Shown: positions 11,501 through 26,500 of the stretch, piece by piece
Position numbering within the stretch: the stretch's first letter is position 1
Layout: each line of letters starts with the position of its first letter
The notes under the pieces: generated by a model
Told to the model about the DNA's origin: nothing
Seen by the model: the letters and a program-made list of their open reading frames with translations, nothing else
Database searches by the model: none
Made by a program: the position numbers and the translations under genes
Source: Podarcis vaucheri
Taxonomy: Eukaryota
Direction: 5' to 3' (one strand)
Assembly: GCA_965113315.1 (NCBI GenBank)
Contig: OZ220365.1
DNA: 64,000 nucleotides

Positions 11501-14500
11501 AGGATGACCAGGTTCACACATCATATTAAACTATGGTTTACTGTGAATGTGTAGTGTGCTCTTGCATGCTACTGAAGTTGCAGGCTTCCTGCTTGGAAAC
11601 AAACTATGGGCTGGCTTGTCACCTTGTCCAAACCCAGGCTGATGGTTTGTTCACCCCAACCAAGCAGGAGTAGTAAAACGTAAGGACAAAATTTGTTTGG
11701 AGAGACACAAATCATGAGCCTGCACAGACAACCTATTATGGATGTGTTTACAATAGAGCACAGTGCATCTTCCCCATAACTAGACAACCTACTAATATAA
11801 TTTGAGAGGCACCACACCCCATATTAACTTGCCAGATCTTTGTCATCATCTGCCAATACCCTTTGACATGCACCTCCTCAATCAAGCGACAGTCTTGGCA
11901 TTCTTTGCAGTGATGCCCTGGTTGTGGAATGTTCTCCCTTAAGAATTTTGCCTGGCACCCACACTGCTATGATTTACTGATTTAACCAATAATATTGTAG
12001 TCACTTAAAAGTTTTATCTGCTATCTTGTTTTTGCACTTTAAAAAATATTTAATGCTGTACACCAGGGGTGAGCAGAAAGTAGACCAGAATTTTCTGGTA
12101 GATCTCTGGGTGATTTGCAATAGATCGGCAAGGATTTTTGACTCCAACCTGTTTAACAATAACACAACAAAATAACCCCTTGGGGGGGGGGAACTTGGTA
12201 ACTAGGAATAGATTTTTGTATGGAAAGATTGTGAGCTCAGCCTCACTTCTAATACTCAAAACAAATCCCTGTCCTCAACAGCTGCTTAGAGGCAATGTGT
12301 TCTTCAATTCTAAGCTCATGTCTTTTACACCTTGCTTCGGTCGGTGGATCTCAGGGTTCTAGTAACACACAAAGCAGATCCTGCAAGCCTCAAGTCTGCC
12401 CTCCCCTGCTGTACAACACCCTGAAATCTGATACGATGAAGTGTGACATAAACATGTTTCGAAGAAAATAGTCAATCTGGTATAAGCAGCTGGGAAAACT
12501 ACAAATTTTAACAGAATATTAAATGTACTAACATGTTTTTATACAATGGCTACAGAAAAAAGGGAGAGAGAGGAAGCAGGACCACTCCATCAGCTCTTCT
12601 ATTTGAGTTCAATTTTTCTCCTCTCCCTAATTGTTTCCATTCAAGCTGGTTTGATTGTTATAAAATAGTTGTTGTAAATTTAAGACCCGAGTTTGCTTAT
12701 TTTCCCCTTCCTCTGTCATCGCATTTTCCTTTTGTGTTATGTCTTTTAGACTGTAAGCCTACATGTAGGAACTGTCTTTGTTACCGAGTTTATGTGAGAT
12801 GCATTCTTTACAGCCAAAAAGTGGGGACAAAAATGCTTTAAACAAACAAACAAATAGCTTGCTTACCTATCTCTTAAAAGAGCTTTGCAAAGTATTTTAA
12901 GTTTAAGATCATTTATGTCCACTTCCTCATCCTTCATTCAAAGGAAAAAAAGAAAGAAAAGAAATATTAAATTGCATTGGAGACTTTAGAGAAACACACA
13001 TTATGCATTGTGATTATATCCAAATTCAATAGTTCACAAGCTAAAAACATAACTAGAAGTAAGGAAAAGGGACAATTTTCAAGGGTATGGGCCAGAAAAT
13101 AGCTTTTTGAAGTATGTCTGAAAATGGATTATGACTTGATGGGGAAAGGAGGGGAATCTACATTAAAAAAGACTTCATTTATGCCTTTTATTTATTAAAA
13201 TATGCCTTTTATTCCAGCATAGCCAAGCATATAGAGACTTTGCACAAGAGTCTCTTAAGAACGAGAATAAAAAACGTTTTTCCTCTTGGCCACAGACAGA
13301 AATACCAGATTGGGAAAACTGTGGCAGGATGAAGAGGGCAAGCAAGAAGATGCAAAGCCATGTGCTTTCTAAACAAGAACAGATCAGAAAGAACAACGGG
13401 ACCTTCAGAGAGGTTCTCAGTTTTGCATGAACCCACAATGTCCATACAGATATGTAATCATACACGTAAGCTCCTTTAAGGTGATCAGTATATTATTGTG
13501 CTTAGGGAAATGAGAAGACCTGGTCTGATGCCACAGAATGTGACACAGCACACTTAACAGTTTGCAGTTCAGTTTTTGTGAGAGGGAAAGTGTCAATTTG
13601 GCTGGGATCAAGTGATAAAGAATGGGTTAAAAATATTTTAATAGAAATATTAATAAAATAAAACCTAATACAGGGGCAGGCGGAGGACCGATAAGAGGTC
13701 TTGGGACATTGCCATATCATGAATCTAGATCCCGACAAGGTAATTATACCAGTCGGGGTAGCGACATCAATAACTAAAAAGAAGGTGGATGGGAAATGAT
13801 CAATTCCCATACTGATATGAACTGATATTTGACTGATGGCATCACTAAAACTGAGTCATAGTGTTCAGTTTCAGTTTTTATGTTTTCACAGGTTTAGCCT
13901 TCCATTATTTTTTTAAAAGATGGCCAATAAGTCAAGCAGTTGGTATTAGATGGGACTTGAGTATTTTGGTAGCTGAGAAATAAGAGGTTATGTTTATTTT
14001 ATTTTTTACAGATGGGGGAGGGGACTGAAAAACATCCTGGTTCAGAGATCACCAAAACTCACTCATTTTCATACCTCATCAATATACTCCAGCAGATCGA
14101 GTGCCTTCTTGAAGTCATATTCATTAGCCCTTCTGTTCTCAGGGGATATGTACAACTATTGTATGAAAGATGGAAGGACAGCATTATTTTTAGCCTCCAA
14201 AACAGTGTAACTGATCTTGTTAAGAACTCCTTGTGGGAAGACCACCCTGGATTCTAACTCATGTGACTGTTGACTGAAATATGCCTTCATTCAGCTGTAG
14301 GCATTTTTATAGTAAGGAAGAGAGTCGGGGTTTTAGAAAGGCATTCCACCAATATTACAATGGACAGATTACACTGCCTATAAGGTTGCTATATGATCGG
14401 CTCAAATTTACAAACCATTTAAGGCTTTGGCATTCCTAGCCTATTGTGGTAGGAACATAGTTCCACAAATAAGTACTCTGTTATAGAAGAGCTCAGTGGC

Positions 14501-17500
14501 AAGGCATCTGTTTGGGCTGCAGGAGGCTCAGGGTCCAATCCCAGCATTTCCAGGCAGGGCTGGGAAAGACCTCTGTCTGAAAACAACACTGAGCTAGATG
14601 GACCAAGGGTCTAATTCAGTACAAGACAGCTTCCTATGTGCAAAAAATAAAAATAAAAAATCATCTGCAATATTCTGGAAAGATAAATACCCGCAAAGGA
14701 GACATGCATATTTACTTTAATAGAGTAAGCCCTCAACTGACATGGGGGTTATGTTCTGGGGATCACACCTAAAGCAAAAATTGCTTATAATCACAGAACA
14801 TTGGGTGCAATCGTGGGTGGGATTGCCAAAGACTCCCCCCCCCGACATCTGTCCCCTTTCTATTTATTATTATTTGCCAAGAACATAAAGCTGGATGCAC
14901 ATAAGCTAAATGTCTGTAAGTTGTGGGACTGTTTGAATTAAGATCCAGAAGTATGGTTGCAGTCACAAAAGTTAAGCTATGGTTCAGCACAATGAGCAGC
15001 TTTGTTCAGATTATAGCTGTTTCTTAAAAAAAAAAAAAGTTCCTAAACTTGAATGACACCAGGATTGGAAAAGAAAGGCCTTGCTGATAGAAGAAATTAA
15101 AAGCTGGGTCTGGCAGTGATCCAGGCTGGAAGATTATTAGGGGGCATCAGAGCTGCCTGGCTTTAGCACAGCTGTTAAAGAAACTCCTCCTCCCTTTCTG
15201 CTTACAGAGACTTCTTCTGTAATACCATTTTAATGCCTAAACACCAAAACATTTGGACTCCTGTTTGCCTCCCAGGATGGACTTCGTGGAATGCGGAGGC
15301 AGGAAAGAAAAAAAGCCCTTATATATGTAATACTTTTACTAGGGGTTTTCATTCATAAAAACATATGCAGACAATTTGCCACACCTGTCTATCCTTCTGG
15401 TTTCCTTAATTCAAAGGACTAAAAAGTGTATTTACCAAGAAACTGTTTATAAGCTTAGCTCAATGGTGTCCCAGTCTCCGACTATCATCAAAAAAGTGTA
15501 AGTGGATTTGATGGACATTCCTAGTCACAGATCTTGCCACAAAGCAAGCACAGATTAGTGCTCTAATAACCCATGAACTGCGTGCATAATCAAAACCCAC
15601 TGCATAAGGCATCTGGAGATGGTGGCAGAGGACAATGTCTATGTAAGAGTATAGCCAACTCATCTGAAACAGGATACGTTCCTGGTATTTGAGGCACAAA
15701 ATAATTTAACCCAAACACCACCATTCATCCAAGGAGCTGAGAGCATTATACATGGTTTGCTCCCCATTTTATCACAGCAAACCTATAAGGTATGTTAGCA
15801 CTGAAGATTAACTCTTTTGACTCAAACCGCACAGCAGACTCCCTACCAAAATTTCCTGAATTTATTTTGATTGTATTGGCGAGGTCACTAAGATTTGTAA
15901 TACAAAGGAGTCAGGACAGACTCAGGGCAGCTTCATTGGGCTGTATCTAATAGTGACTCTGTGGCAGCAGAAAGCACTTCTATTCAAGCAAGGCGGGGCA
16001 CTCAGTATCTATCACATGAACAGTATCTAACACACAAATTTTCTAGCCGTCCCTCCCTCCCTGGGGTGTGGAAGTTCCAGCACACGGGCCAATCTGGGCC
16101 TGCCAGGGGGTCCAATTTGAGCCAAGAGCCCTTTCTCCAAACCATGCCCATCAACTGACATCACTGGTGATGTCAGCTGATAGACAGGACCTTCTTGGAC
16201 AGCCCACCTCCACTGATTCCTTCAATCTCTAAAAAAGCTCAGCCTTGCGCAGGCCGTGAAAGCTGCAGACAAGTTTCTTCCTTCATTGCTGCACGATGGA
16301 GCAGTCCCTGCCAGAGCTGATGTCTGCTTTATGGAGACACTGGCTCTGAGAGACTGCTCCATCCCACAGCAATGAAGAAAGACTGCTGCAAAGAGCACTG
16401 TAAGCACAAGTGATTTTGACCGGTGAGCGTGGCAATTCACCCATCAATTGTGATGCCACAGTGATGCCATGGGGCTGCCGAGTTGTCTGCTGGGGTCAGG
16501 GGATCAAAGCATGGCCCATTTTCATCCAGTCATTTTACCCAATGTTATTCAGGAACACAAAACCGTGTTAGAGAAGTCTTTTGACAGAGTAGCTCAGAAA
16601 TTCAATACCGGTAGGACACTTAGTAGTACATACCTCAATCAGCTGTGGAGCACTTAACACTGGCATTTCACTGAGATTTAATTTTTTCTCATCCAGCAGC
16701 TGCTCAGGTAGAGTCTCTTGGTGTAGCAGAAAGCGCTCTTGTTCAGTAATTTCTTGTATAGAAGAAATAAAAAGCACAGCACAAATTACTATAATTCCTG
16801 AGTACAAAGAAAGTATTATTTACCTAATTATGAATATTCCATCACGCTCAAGGTTTTCAGTGAGCCTGAAGACCAGTGACTCTACCTCTACCTGTAACCT
16901 GCCAGTATGTTTAGTAGACAGACAGACCACTTGCTACAAATCCCCTTCACTTCTTGGCAAAGAACTGGATGGCTAGTTGAAGGGAGGATTTTGACAAGAA
17001 GCTTTTATTTTCTGACCTCATAGAACATAGAGCATAGAACATAAAGGCCACCACCACCACCCCTAAAAGTGGTGGGAAGTCTACCTACAAGATCCCAAGG
17101 GAGGGAATTCTGTCCATGTATTCAGAAAGACTTGTAAATGACAGCCCTTGCCCTGTGCTACCTCCCAAGTTATTGATAATCATGTCGAAAGCAGGCAGCA
17201 AAAATGACACGTTTTCATGATAGTGGACCTGCTCCCCCCCCCCCACATTTCTGCACCACAGTTCTATGGAAAATTCCTTAATATCCTAGTGATCATTCTC
17301 AAAATGGGCAGGTTGTTTAAAAAGCAATATACACATTATAGTTACATTACAAGGTGGTGTCATCTACTAGCTAAGCATCATCACCCACTGAATTAACCCC
17401 TTACTTCAAGTGCTGCACACCTTACTGGAGCAACATCAGAAAGATGGAAAACTTTCACATTCCAACCACAGCAGTAATTGTTCATAGATACAGTGGTACC

Positions 17501-20500
17501 TCGGGTTACATACTCTTCAGGTTACAGACTCCGCTAACCCAGAAATAGTACCTCGGGTTAAGAACTTTGCTTCAGGATGAGAACAGAAATAGGGCTCTGG
17601 CGATGCGGCAGCAGCAGGAGGCCCCATTAGCTAAAGTGGTGCTTCAGGTTAAGAACAGTTTCAGGTTAAGAACGGACCTCCGGAACGAATTAAGTACTTA
17701 ACCTGAGGTACCACTGTACCTGTATTAATTTGTTGTGTGTGGCAGCCAAGAATTTCAGTGGGGAACGGACAAACTGCTTTGGAAACTAAAGCTCTGTCGT
17801 TGGTGTCTCAACCACCATACTGCTGGGATCACAATTGACCTTGCACATCTAATAAATTAAGGGTTATCTCCATATACAGAAAACGTACTCTAAACTTTGC
17901 AATGGAAAAGATAGTACCTTCAATTTTCTCATTCTGCATCACTTCTGATACATCAGAAGCCAGTAGAGACAGTTTACACAGGCCAAGAAGAGTTTTCTTC
18001 TTTGCAAAGTACCGAGTTTCTGTATTTGCTAAATTCTGCAGTGTTCGGTTAGCCTAACATTGACAAAAAATACTTTCAAGTGACACAAAGCTCAACATGT
18101 AAGTTTATTTACACACACACACATAACAGGGACATTAGTAATTTGCATGATGATTATATATTGTTATTATTTCATAAACACGTTCAAATTCTGATATGCC
18201 CAAGGATAATTTTCTTCTACAGTGAACAATTTTATATAACTCTGGGAATAACAACATGCAAAAAGCAAGATAGGGAAGATGTTGAACAGCTGCACTACAG
18301 GACACACGTTAAAAGTAACTGAAAATAGAAATAGTATCAAAGCAAGTCTATTATGAAGAAATGGTATTTTAGGAATACATTGATTTCAGGTAAATATTTC
18401 TATTATGTTTCTTCAAACAAAGCTCTAAAGAGAATTCACACCCCAGTATTGTGAATGGTGGTGACCATTTTAGGCATGTCCAATTGACATTCAATCACCA
18501 ATGTGTGAGGAAGAAGGCAGAATGGGGGTGTAATGGGGCAGGTTGATGCTCATTCCACTGGCTCTCATGGGGGCCAGGAGTAGAAACCCTGTGCGAAATG
18601 GTCGCCTCCTGTAATTATAATGCTAAGAAACTCACTAAGAGAAACTCACTAAAATAGTGACTGGATCTACCAGAATAAGAAAAAGGAAAAGAGGAAAGAT
18701 ATTACAAAAACAGTTGCTTGCTAAAATATCTGATTTTATAACTTGTCCAGTATTTAGGCTGGGAAGTTGTTGTTTTTTTAAAAAAGTTAAGTTATATTTT
18801 GCACTTTTAACAAATAAAACAAAAGAAAGACATTCATTTGTGTAACTTGGACCCAACAGCTTAATATTTACAAAGCTATCAGAATAACCTCAGTGAAGAA
18901 AGAAAACTGCAGAATGCTGGGTCACTTAAGTTCTAGAAATATTTGATGAGATTACAAATTACCTCTGTGTCAAGATTTCAAAGAACAGAATTGCCTCCTA
19001 TGTATATTATTTTTACTTTACATGGGGTAAGAGCCAGAGAGACACAGGAACAGAATAAAACTCTGATAACAGTGTTGTTCTACAAACTGTTGTGGAAAAA
19101 CTATTGGAAAACTCAGCACAACACAGCAGAAGGCAAAAGGATGTGCAATGCATTGTGCTAGCACACATTGTGGGAAGCGGTGCAGGTCTTCGTACAAGAT
19201 ACTGAACAAAGCCATGCACTATCAGAGGCATACTGCTGGATTTCAGTTTTCTTTTGTTGTGCATGTAACTTGCGCCAAGTCAGGAAAAGCTGTTCTGCTT
19301 GCAGAATCTCACTAAAATGGTAGGTGCAAATACACAGGTCTCCGCTTGTTCCTTCGATTAACAAAGTGAGGTGCCTGTGTACAGACAGTCACATTCCCTA
19401 GCTCTGCAACGACAGAGGACAGAGCAACTACCCATTACAAATACTTTGCTTTTTTTATAAAGCCTTACCTTTTCAAAATCATTGCTGTTGATGTCGTGTA
19501 GCCAGCTGAGTTGCTCATGAGCTTGTAAGAAGCTGGCCAACTGGCCATGCTGAGCAATGGGCTGTGATAACAGCTTTCCCCGTTTTCCTTTTTCCAAATA
19601 CCAACGGAAGAGGAAATCTGAAAAATTCTAAAAGTAGAAAGAATGCGGTCAAGCTTGCAAGGCTGCAACTTGTGTTAATAATCTAAAAATGTAAACATTT
19701 TAACCAAATGGGACAAGTTTTAACATTCCAGCATAGAAAATACTTATAAAAGTTCTATCACTTGTTTCGCACAAGTTTACATTTCAGGAACAGGTCATCA
19801 GTGAAGAAATAGCTGTTTACAATGGGGTCCCCTTCCCCAATCCATATGCCAAAGTTGACCGATGGACAGATGAAACTTACTGCAACACATAAGTCATGGA
19901 GCACCCAGACTTCTGTTCTCCAACAACTCAATTCTCCCCTAGCATCTGTTGCTTGATGCAGCCACCTAATGGCTAAGCCTGGTTATTTTCTCTGTAACCT
20001 GTGAGGCTCTTGGATAGTCACTATCTGTATGTGTAATAAGATAGCTGCTTAAGAGAAAAAGAAATATGTACTGACATAATTCTGAAAAATAACCCGACAG
20101 CAAGTCTGAGGTTTCTCCTACAATATACACTTACTTAACAGCCTGTTGTTTGGAGTAAATAAAAACATTACCTGATCAGCAAACTGTGTCATGTAACGTT
20201 GCAATCTGGTCTGGTTATCAGTCTGCTCACACAATTGTACCAATATGTCAAAGTCACAGTATTTTTCTGCTAGAGCGGCAGCCAGCTGGTACTGTCCAAG
20301 AGAAACTGAACAAAAACAAACAAGGAAAAATACCCACAATAAAAACATGGCCATTTTGTGAAGACTTAAAAAAAAAAAAAAAGATCCACGAGTGTGGGTT
20401 TCAAGGGCATTTTGCCTCTAGATAATTGTTTTCAAAAACTATAAAGCAGTTAGAGCAATTTGCAAGGGGTATACTCTACATGCCATTAGAAAGATCATAG

Positions 20501-23500
20501 GCTCTATATGATTAAGTTGAAAGACTATGCTAGATCAAAGAGTCTTTTGTCAGTGGGGGGACAACCAATTGATTCAACCAATAGGATTTGGTTCCTGTAA
20601 GTGAAGGTGGGTACTGCATTCTCCCCAGCAACAAACAATGGAGTAGTAGGACAATACAATTTTTCTCCTACAGAAGAACTTTAAGCCACCAGGGACCACC
20701 GTATTGCCCGCTGTGTTTCCCACCTGCATGGATGCAGGATCAAGTCCTCAGTAAGCAGAGCTTGCTGCTGGAGAATGGCTGGGAAGCAAGCCTGCAGTCA
20801 GACAAAACACACCATTTCTCCTCCCTGCAGTGGAGCCTGATAAGGCAGATAAGGAACAACCTGGGGAGACACAGCTGTTGGCAGGGGGGCTTCAAAGTTC
20901 CTTATAATTGAGGAGTAAGGGAAAAGTTAATGTTAGGGCAGACTGTAATTCCTGACAAGCCAAACTATAGCAAGGAGAAGGTGCCAGGGAGGAACTCCTA
21001 AGCAAAGGATTAGGTTCTGACAATAATACAATCACACGTTCATTCATTAATAATTCCTTGAAAATTATCTTCCCCTTAAAAAAAAGCAACTCAACATTGC
21101 CTAGAATCGAAAAACTAAGAACCAAACGACACACTGTGAAATGTTGTTGAAATATTCTAATCCACATTTTTGACTTGACATTACAAAGAAAACTCTGCTC
21201 TGAAAGCTAAAAACAGGCAAACATTATTGGAAAGAAGAAAAGAAAGAAGAGCATTTCCTTATTCCCCTGCTTTCCTATATCCATGGCAGAGACTTAAATG
21301 GCACCCTGTATAATAATCGCAGCACTTACGTAGTGGTGACAACAGTTCAGATCTTTTCTGCATGTATTCCATTTCCAGACTGTTATAGCGTTCTTGGTAC
21401 TCTGGCCGGTCCACAGATTTAAGCTGAGAAACGTAACCATCCAGAAAGCAATCTAGAAGTGCCACCAGCTGTTCTGTCACTATGCTACGAAGCTTGCTGT
21501 TAACCTGAGGATAGACCTTCTTCAGAATGATTTCATGTTGCTGTATTATAGTCGTTCGCACACCAACAGATGCTTGAGAAGACCGAAAAATGAAGTAGTA
21601 ACGCATTATTATATTTGGCATATGGAATTTGAAAAATGACATATGAAAGCGTACCAAGGGGAAGTTAGACACAAGAGGCCGTTAAAAAGTAAACGTATCT
21701 ACTTTCCATAGCAAAGCAGCAACCCCCAGCCTAAGTCATTTAGTGGAACAACAGCACTGCACAGCAGAGAAAGAAAAGCGTCCACATAAACAATCCTAGC
21801 AGAGCCAAGGCTATGGCTTAGAAGAAAAGGCAACTGCTTGAGCTCAGTATCAAGTATGCCCTCTTGTCTACCTTTCTCCTCATGAAATAATCTGAAAACC
21901 TTAGAAACAATAGGATAAAATCCTGTTCTTTACACCAAAACCTAATACACAGGCTTCTTTCCTTTACAGCTTTAAAACCATGGTTTCTAAAAGTCTCTCA
22001 GGGTCACTGCCTGCATTACAAAATTCTACATGGAAGGGATTTCTAAGCAAAATGTTACAGCCATCCGGTACATAGATTTGTTTGACGATACATGTGCACA
22101 TGCATTGGAAAGCATTTGTTATAACTTCCATGTAGGCTCTTAATTCTATGATGTGCAAAACAACTTAAAAGCATGAGGGAATGTATCATATATTTCTCCT
22201 GCAAAGCCACCTGTACTGTGATGTTGCTCATAATTTTTACGAAAGTGTAAATTTCAAGTTATTGCAGGCAGGAATGTAAGTCTATAATAAGCTTAGGGCT
22301 TGTTCACAGGAACAAGTGTTGTACTGAGTAGGAGAGAGACTGTGCCTCAGGTTAACTCAGCTCTCATCTGTCCTTCCCTGTCTGATTTCTCCAGGAAGAA
22401 AAAAGGTGCAAATTTAAATTGTGGCTGAGAAATCACATTTATTTTGAAATGCCATTAAAAAAAAAACCAATCACAATTTAATTCAAGAAAGTTTTGACAT
22501 CAGTTTCCAGGGCAACCATCGTAAATGTTAACAGCACTACTAGCCTCCTAATGTTATCTGCACCAGTAAATACATGCTTATGTTCAAATGCACAGACAGC
22601 AGTAATGGCCTTACATAAGCCATAATGATGATAAGCAGGCAAGCATGTTTAGCCCAGACGTTCAGGAAAAATGTAACATTTATGTTCAAGAAAACCAGTG
22701 AGGTATTTATGAAACATGGCACTATTGAGTTAGAAATTTAAGAGCAAGGGCAACAATTTGAAAGGCTAGTAAAGTACTCTTCGGTGGATTTTATGTAGAA
22801 AGAGAAATACTGTGTTACAAAACCATTTATATAAGATTTCCTCTATTCTCACCTGTCCATGGAACATATTCTGGTTCCATTTCGGGAGGCTCTCTTATTT
22901 TATATAAAGCAGCTTTGGACTGACGGTCTTGGATAGCAGCTTGCAGCATATCCTAGAGAATATTGACACAGAAAACATAGGACGTTACCAAACATAGGAT
23001 TTTTTGGGAGTGTCATCTATATATTAGCACTCAGCATTTTTTAGTATTATTACATTTTACATTTCTGCATCCTGTATTATGATTCCAAGCCACACTGTAT
23101 TTCCCCCTCCTTTATTCTGGGTAGTTTCCTATGGGTTGCGAGAATAACCAGTTATTTTACTGCTACTGCAATTTTCTGTTTTCATCTGATGGGAAGATAT
23201 TTTGGGAAATCAACAATATTGTCATTCATTTTCATTTTACTGCAACATGTAATCTAAAACTGTCCAACCTCCCACTTCTTATTAAAACCCTAAATTAGTG
23301 TATGATCCCCTTTTCAAATTTCATTTATTGGAACTGGAAGGATTTAAGCTATGAAATCAAATGGGGCTTTAAAACATTTAGCTGGGTGCATTACGTCCAG
23401 TTTCCTAGGTCAGGGACTTTTTACCGTTACTTAATTTTTGAAATGTAATACCTTTATGATATTGTTTACATTGACGACTATTTCAGACCATTCCTCAGAT

Positions 23501-26500
23501 TGAACTGACATATCCCTCAAGACTTGCTTTTCCTTTTCCAGTAAGCATTCAAAAATAGTATCTATCTGTGACACCTGAAAAACAGAAAAGAAGACGGAAC
23601 ACTGACAATTAACACTGCTGATCAGGTATAAAAGCAATGATTCAGCCTGATATTTTATGCACTGAGCAGTTTAAGTGTTTCACTTAGCACATTAAGAGCG
23701 CAATTGTATACCCAACCAAACACTCTGATGCTGAAGGCTGGGGATACAATGATCTACTAGCTACCACAGGTACTAGCAGAACTAGCCTGGAGCTGGAAAA
23801 ACAAAACCTCTCCTCCTGCCATGTGTGAGCAGCAAGGCTTCAGGTGTAGTGGTAGAGCATCTGCTCTCAGACGGGAGCTTAGATTGCTCCACAAATCTCA
23901 TAAATGGCTTTTCTGTCATTTAATTTTCATTCTTAAAATGGATCCATAAGCATGGGAGATTTTCATCAGGCACTTTCCTAAAGGAAAAGTATTCATGTTA
24001 CCACCCCCGTCCTAAAGTATGGATCTAAAAGAAGAAATCTAGAATGTTACATGGATTCTCATGAATTTTATTAGGAAATGCTATTCACACAGAAAACGAC
24101 AGATGTGGTTGTAGATAAATTATTTCTTTATATCACCTCTCTGAAGAAAACATCTGCAGGAGTTAGACTTGACGGAACGTCGTCTTCTCTTTTCATCAAA
24201 GCAGTCTCTATTGCAGCATTGACCACATCTGGCAATCTGTAGTGATGGTTCTTGAGAGCAATGGCTGCCGCTAACTTTTCTGCATGTTCACAGAGTAACC
24301 ACCGAGTTGCCATTGGTATGCCTCGTACTCGGATATTGCCCAGGCGACCAAAGAGACCCACCTTGGATAGAGATAATTGTACATAAAAATACTCTTGTGC
24401 CACATCCTATATTACCCCATTTACACAAGAACATTAGGAACCTACCTGACGAAGAAAGTCAATGAATAGAGAATGGGCCTTTGTCTTATTTTCCAGCTGA
24501 TGAAGAAGAATGATGGAAGAATTTGGAAAACTAGCTGCTTTGGTACAAAAAAAGTGACAAGGAAAGGGGTTTAAAAGTTAGTATAACTTACAGTCTTACT
24601 TTCTTAAGGCTGTACAGTCAGAATGTCCATTTTACACATGGGACTTCTCACCTTCAGGTACTGATTCAGCCCATCGTGGGTCAGATGTAGGATAATCATC
24701 CACCAAATTCTCACTAATTTGAAACGCAGCTCTGTCTAGGTCTGCATCAGGGTATGCATCTCCATGCTGTGGAAAGAGCTCAGCGACGATGATTTGTGCA
24801 CCTTTCATATTATTACTGAAATGAAAGGAAACACTTGGTGAGTTGACTCTTAGAACGGAACACTGGTCCTCACTGGGAATGTTGCTTTTAACTGCACATC
24901 TGAGGGTGTCCAAGTGGGTCATAATCCCTCCAACTGCTTGGAAGACAAGAAGCTTGTGATTGCATCCCTCTTGCCCATATTCAAGAAGGCCCCTTCTGCT
25001 TGCCCTTCAGTTCTGTTCTGTGGCTAAGCTACTGTACGATGACATCAGGAATCAGGAAGAACATCCATAAAAGGACTGGGGCTGGGGAGGGGCAGAAGGA
25101 AACATAGCCAAGGCTAGCTGTGTGTGCACTGAAGCTGGATGCTCAAGACCAAAAAAAAACCTTCAGGTGATTGCTATGTGCAGACTTCAGGTGATTGCTA
25201 AGTGGGTGGCATTGGCACCTGCTAATGCTCAACTGGGAACCACATTCATAATAAAGACCATGGTTCTGGGCTACCTTGGGCATGGGCTGTGAGTCACGTG
25301 GAATGCATCAAAACTGCTGTCTTGTGGGTGCGATCAGGTGGCTGCATGGTGAAATGGGAGCATGTGCCGCAGCACTCATCTTCCCCAAAGCAGCTACTAC
25401 CGATGCAAGTAGGTCTAAGTTGTACGAAATGGTGTACGAAAGTGCTTGCTGAGGACCAGGCAGCCACTTCTGGTGGGAAACCTGCCCTCAGGAGAACGCT
25501 CTGTTCAGTTTTCAAACAGTTAGCTAGAGGTGGGTGAGGCCTGGCTGCAATAGGGGTCTCTGTGAGAGTAGGTCTGGCTTGAGTGGCAGGAACTACGGTG
25601 GATACTCTACCAGCTAGAGAATTTTGGAAAACCAAGACTGGCTGTGCCAGCAGAGAGACACTAGGACTACCTAAACCCTGCCCAACTGAATTTTGTGAAC
25701 AACGTGTGACAGTAGGGGAGTTGGAGGCCATGATGTTATGAGGGCATTCACAGCTTTTGCCCTCTGGATCAGGAACCTTTTGACGTATCTCTTGGTCTGG
25801 TGGCTGGTCTCTAAGGCAAAGGGGTAATCTATCATGCTGTCAACTTTACACAGGCTGAGGGTAGGGTACATGCAATAGTGTTCTTCTATGAAAGTGCTTA
25901 CTAGTGAGCTAATAGGGTCAGGAGATTCCTCTGCAGGTGGTGCTGAGAAATCACAGAATCTGGGGTGGACTGACTATTAAAAACAACAACAACAAAAACA
26001 ACTTCGGGGTTTCACTTAAAGGATGGCCCTCAAGAGCAGGAGAGGGTCCTAGATACTCTTAAAACTGCTTATTGGGAACTAGCTCTTCAGCTGTATCTGC
26101 CACAACAGCCTCTTCAATCTTGAGGACAAATTGGGTCCTCAATACAAAACAGGAAAAACTGTCGGGCAGGGCACTAGATGAGAGGTACCTAAGACCAATC
26201 AGCTGGATCCACAGCAGCAGGTTGTAGATGCTGATGCTGTATTCAAAATATTGCCTCTTTCTTCAAGTTCTCTAAGTATTTCATGGTTATCTTCTGCCCT
26301 CTGGGGGACCACATCTGGTACTGCAGAACTACTGTGGGAGAATGATGTTGACATCAGATGGGGAACAGGCAGAAGCTGCCATAGGTGCTGTAAGGAGCAG
26401 AGCTGTGACTGTCTTTACTGGAGGGGTGCATAAAAGGAGATTAACCCCAGTCACAGCTTCAGCTGGTAGTGCTCTGTCTGCTTCCTGTGAACTTGTGCCG

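Noticed and set aside
13640-13800. Mitochondrial insertion (NUMT) or retroviral pol fragment
   Set aside because: Only short superficial resemblances (e.g. DPDKVIIP); no sustained motif match, so it is reported only as unexplained.
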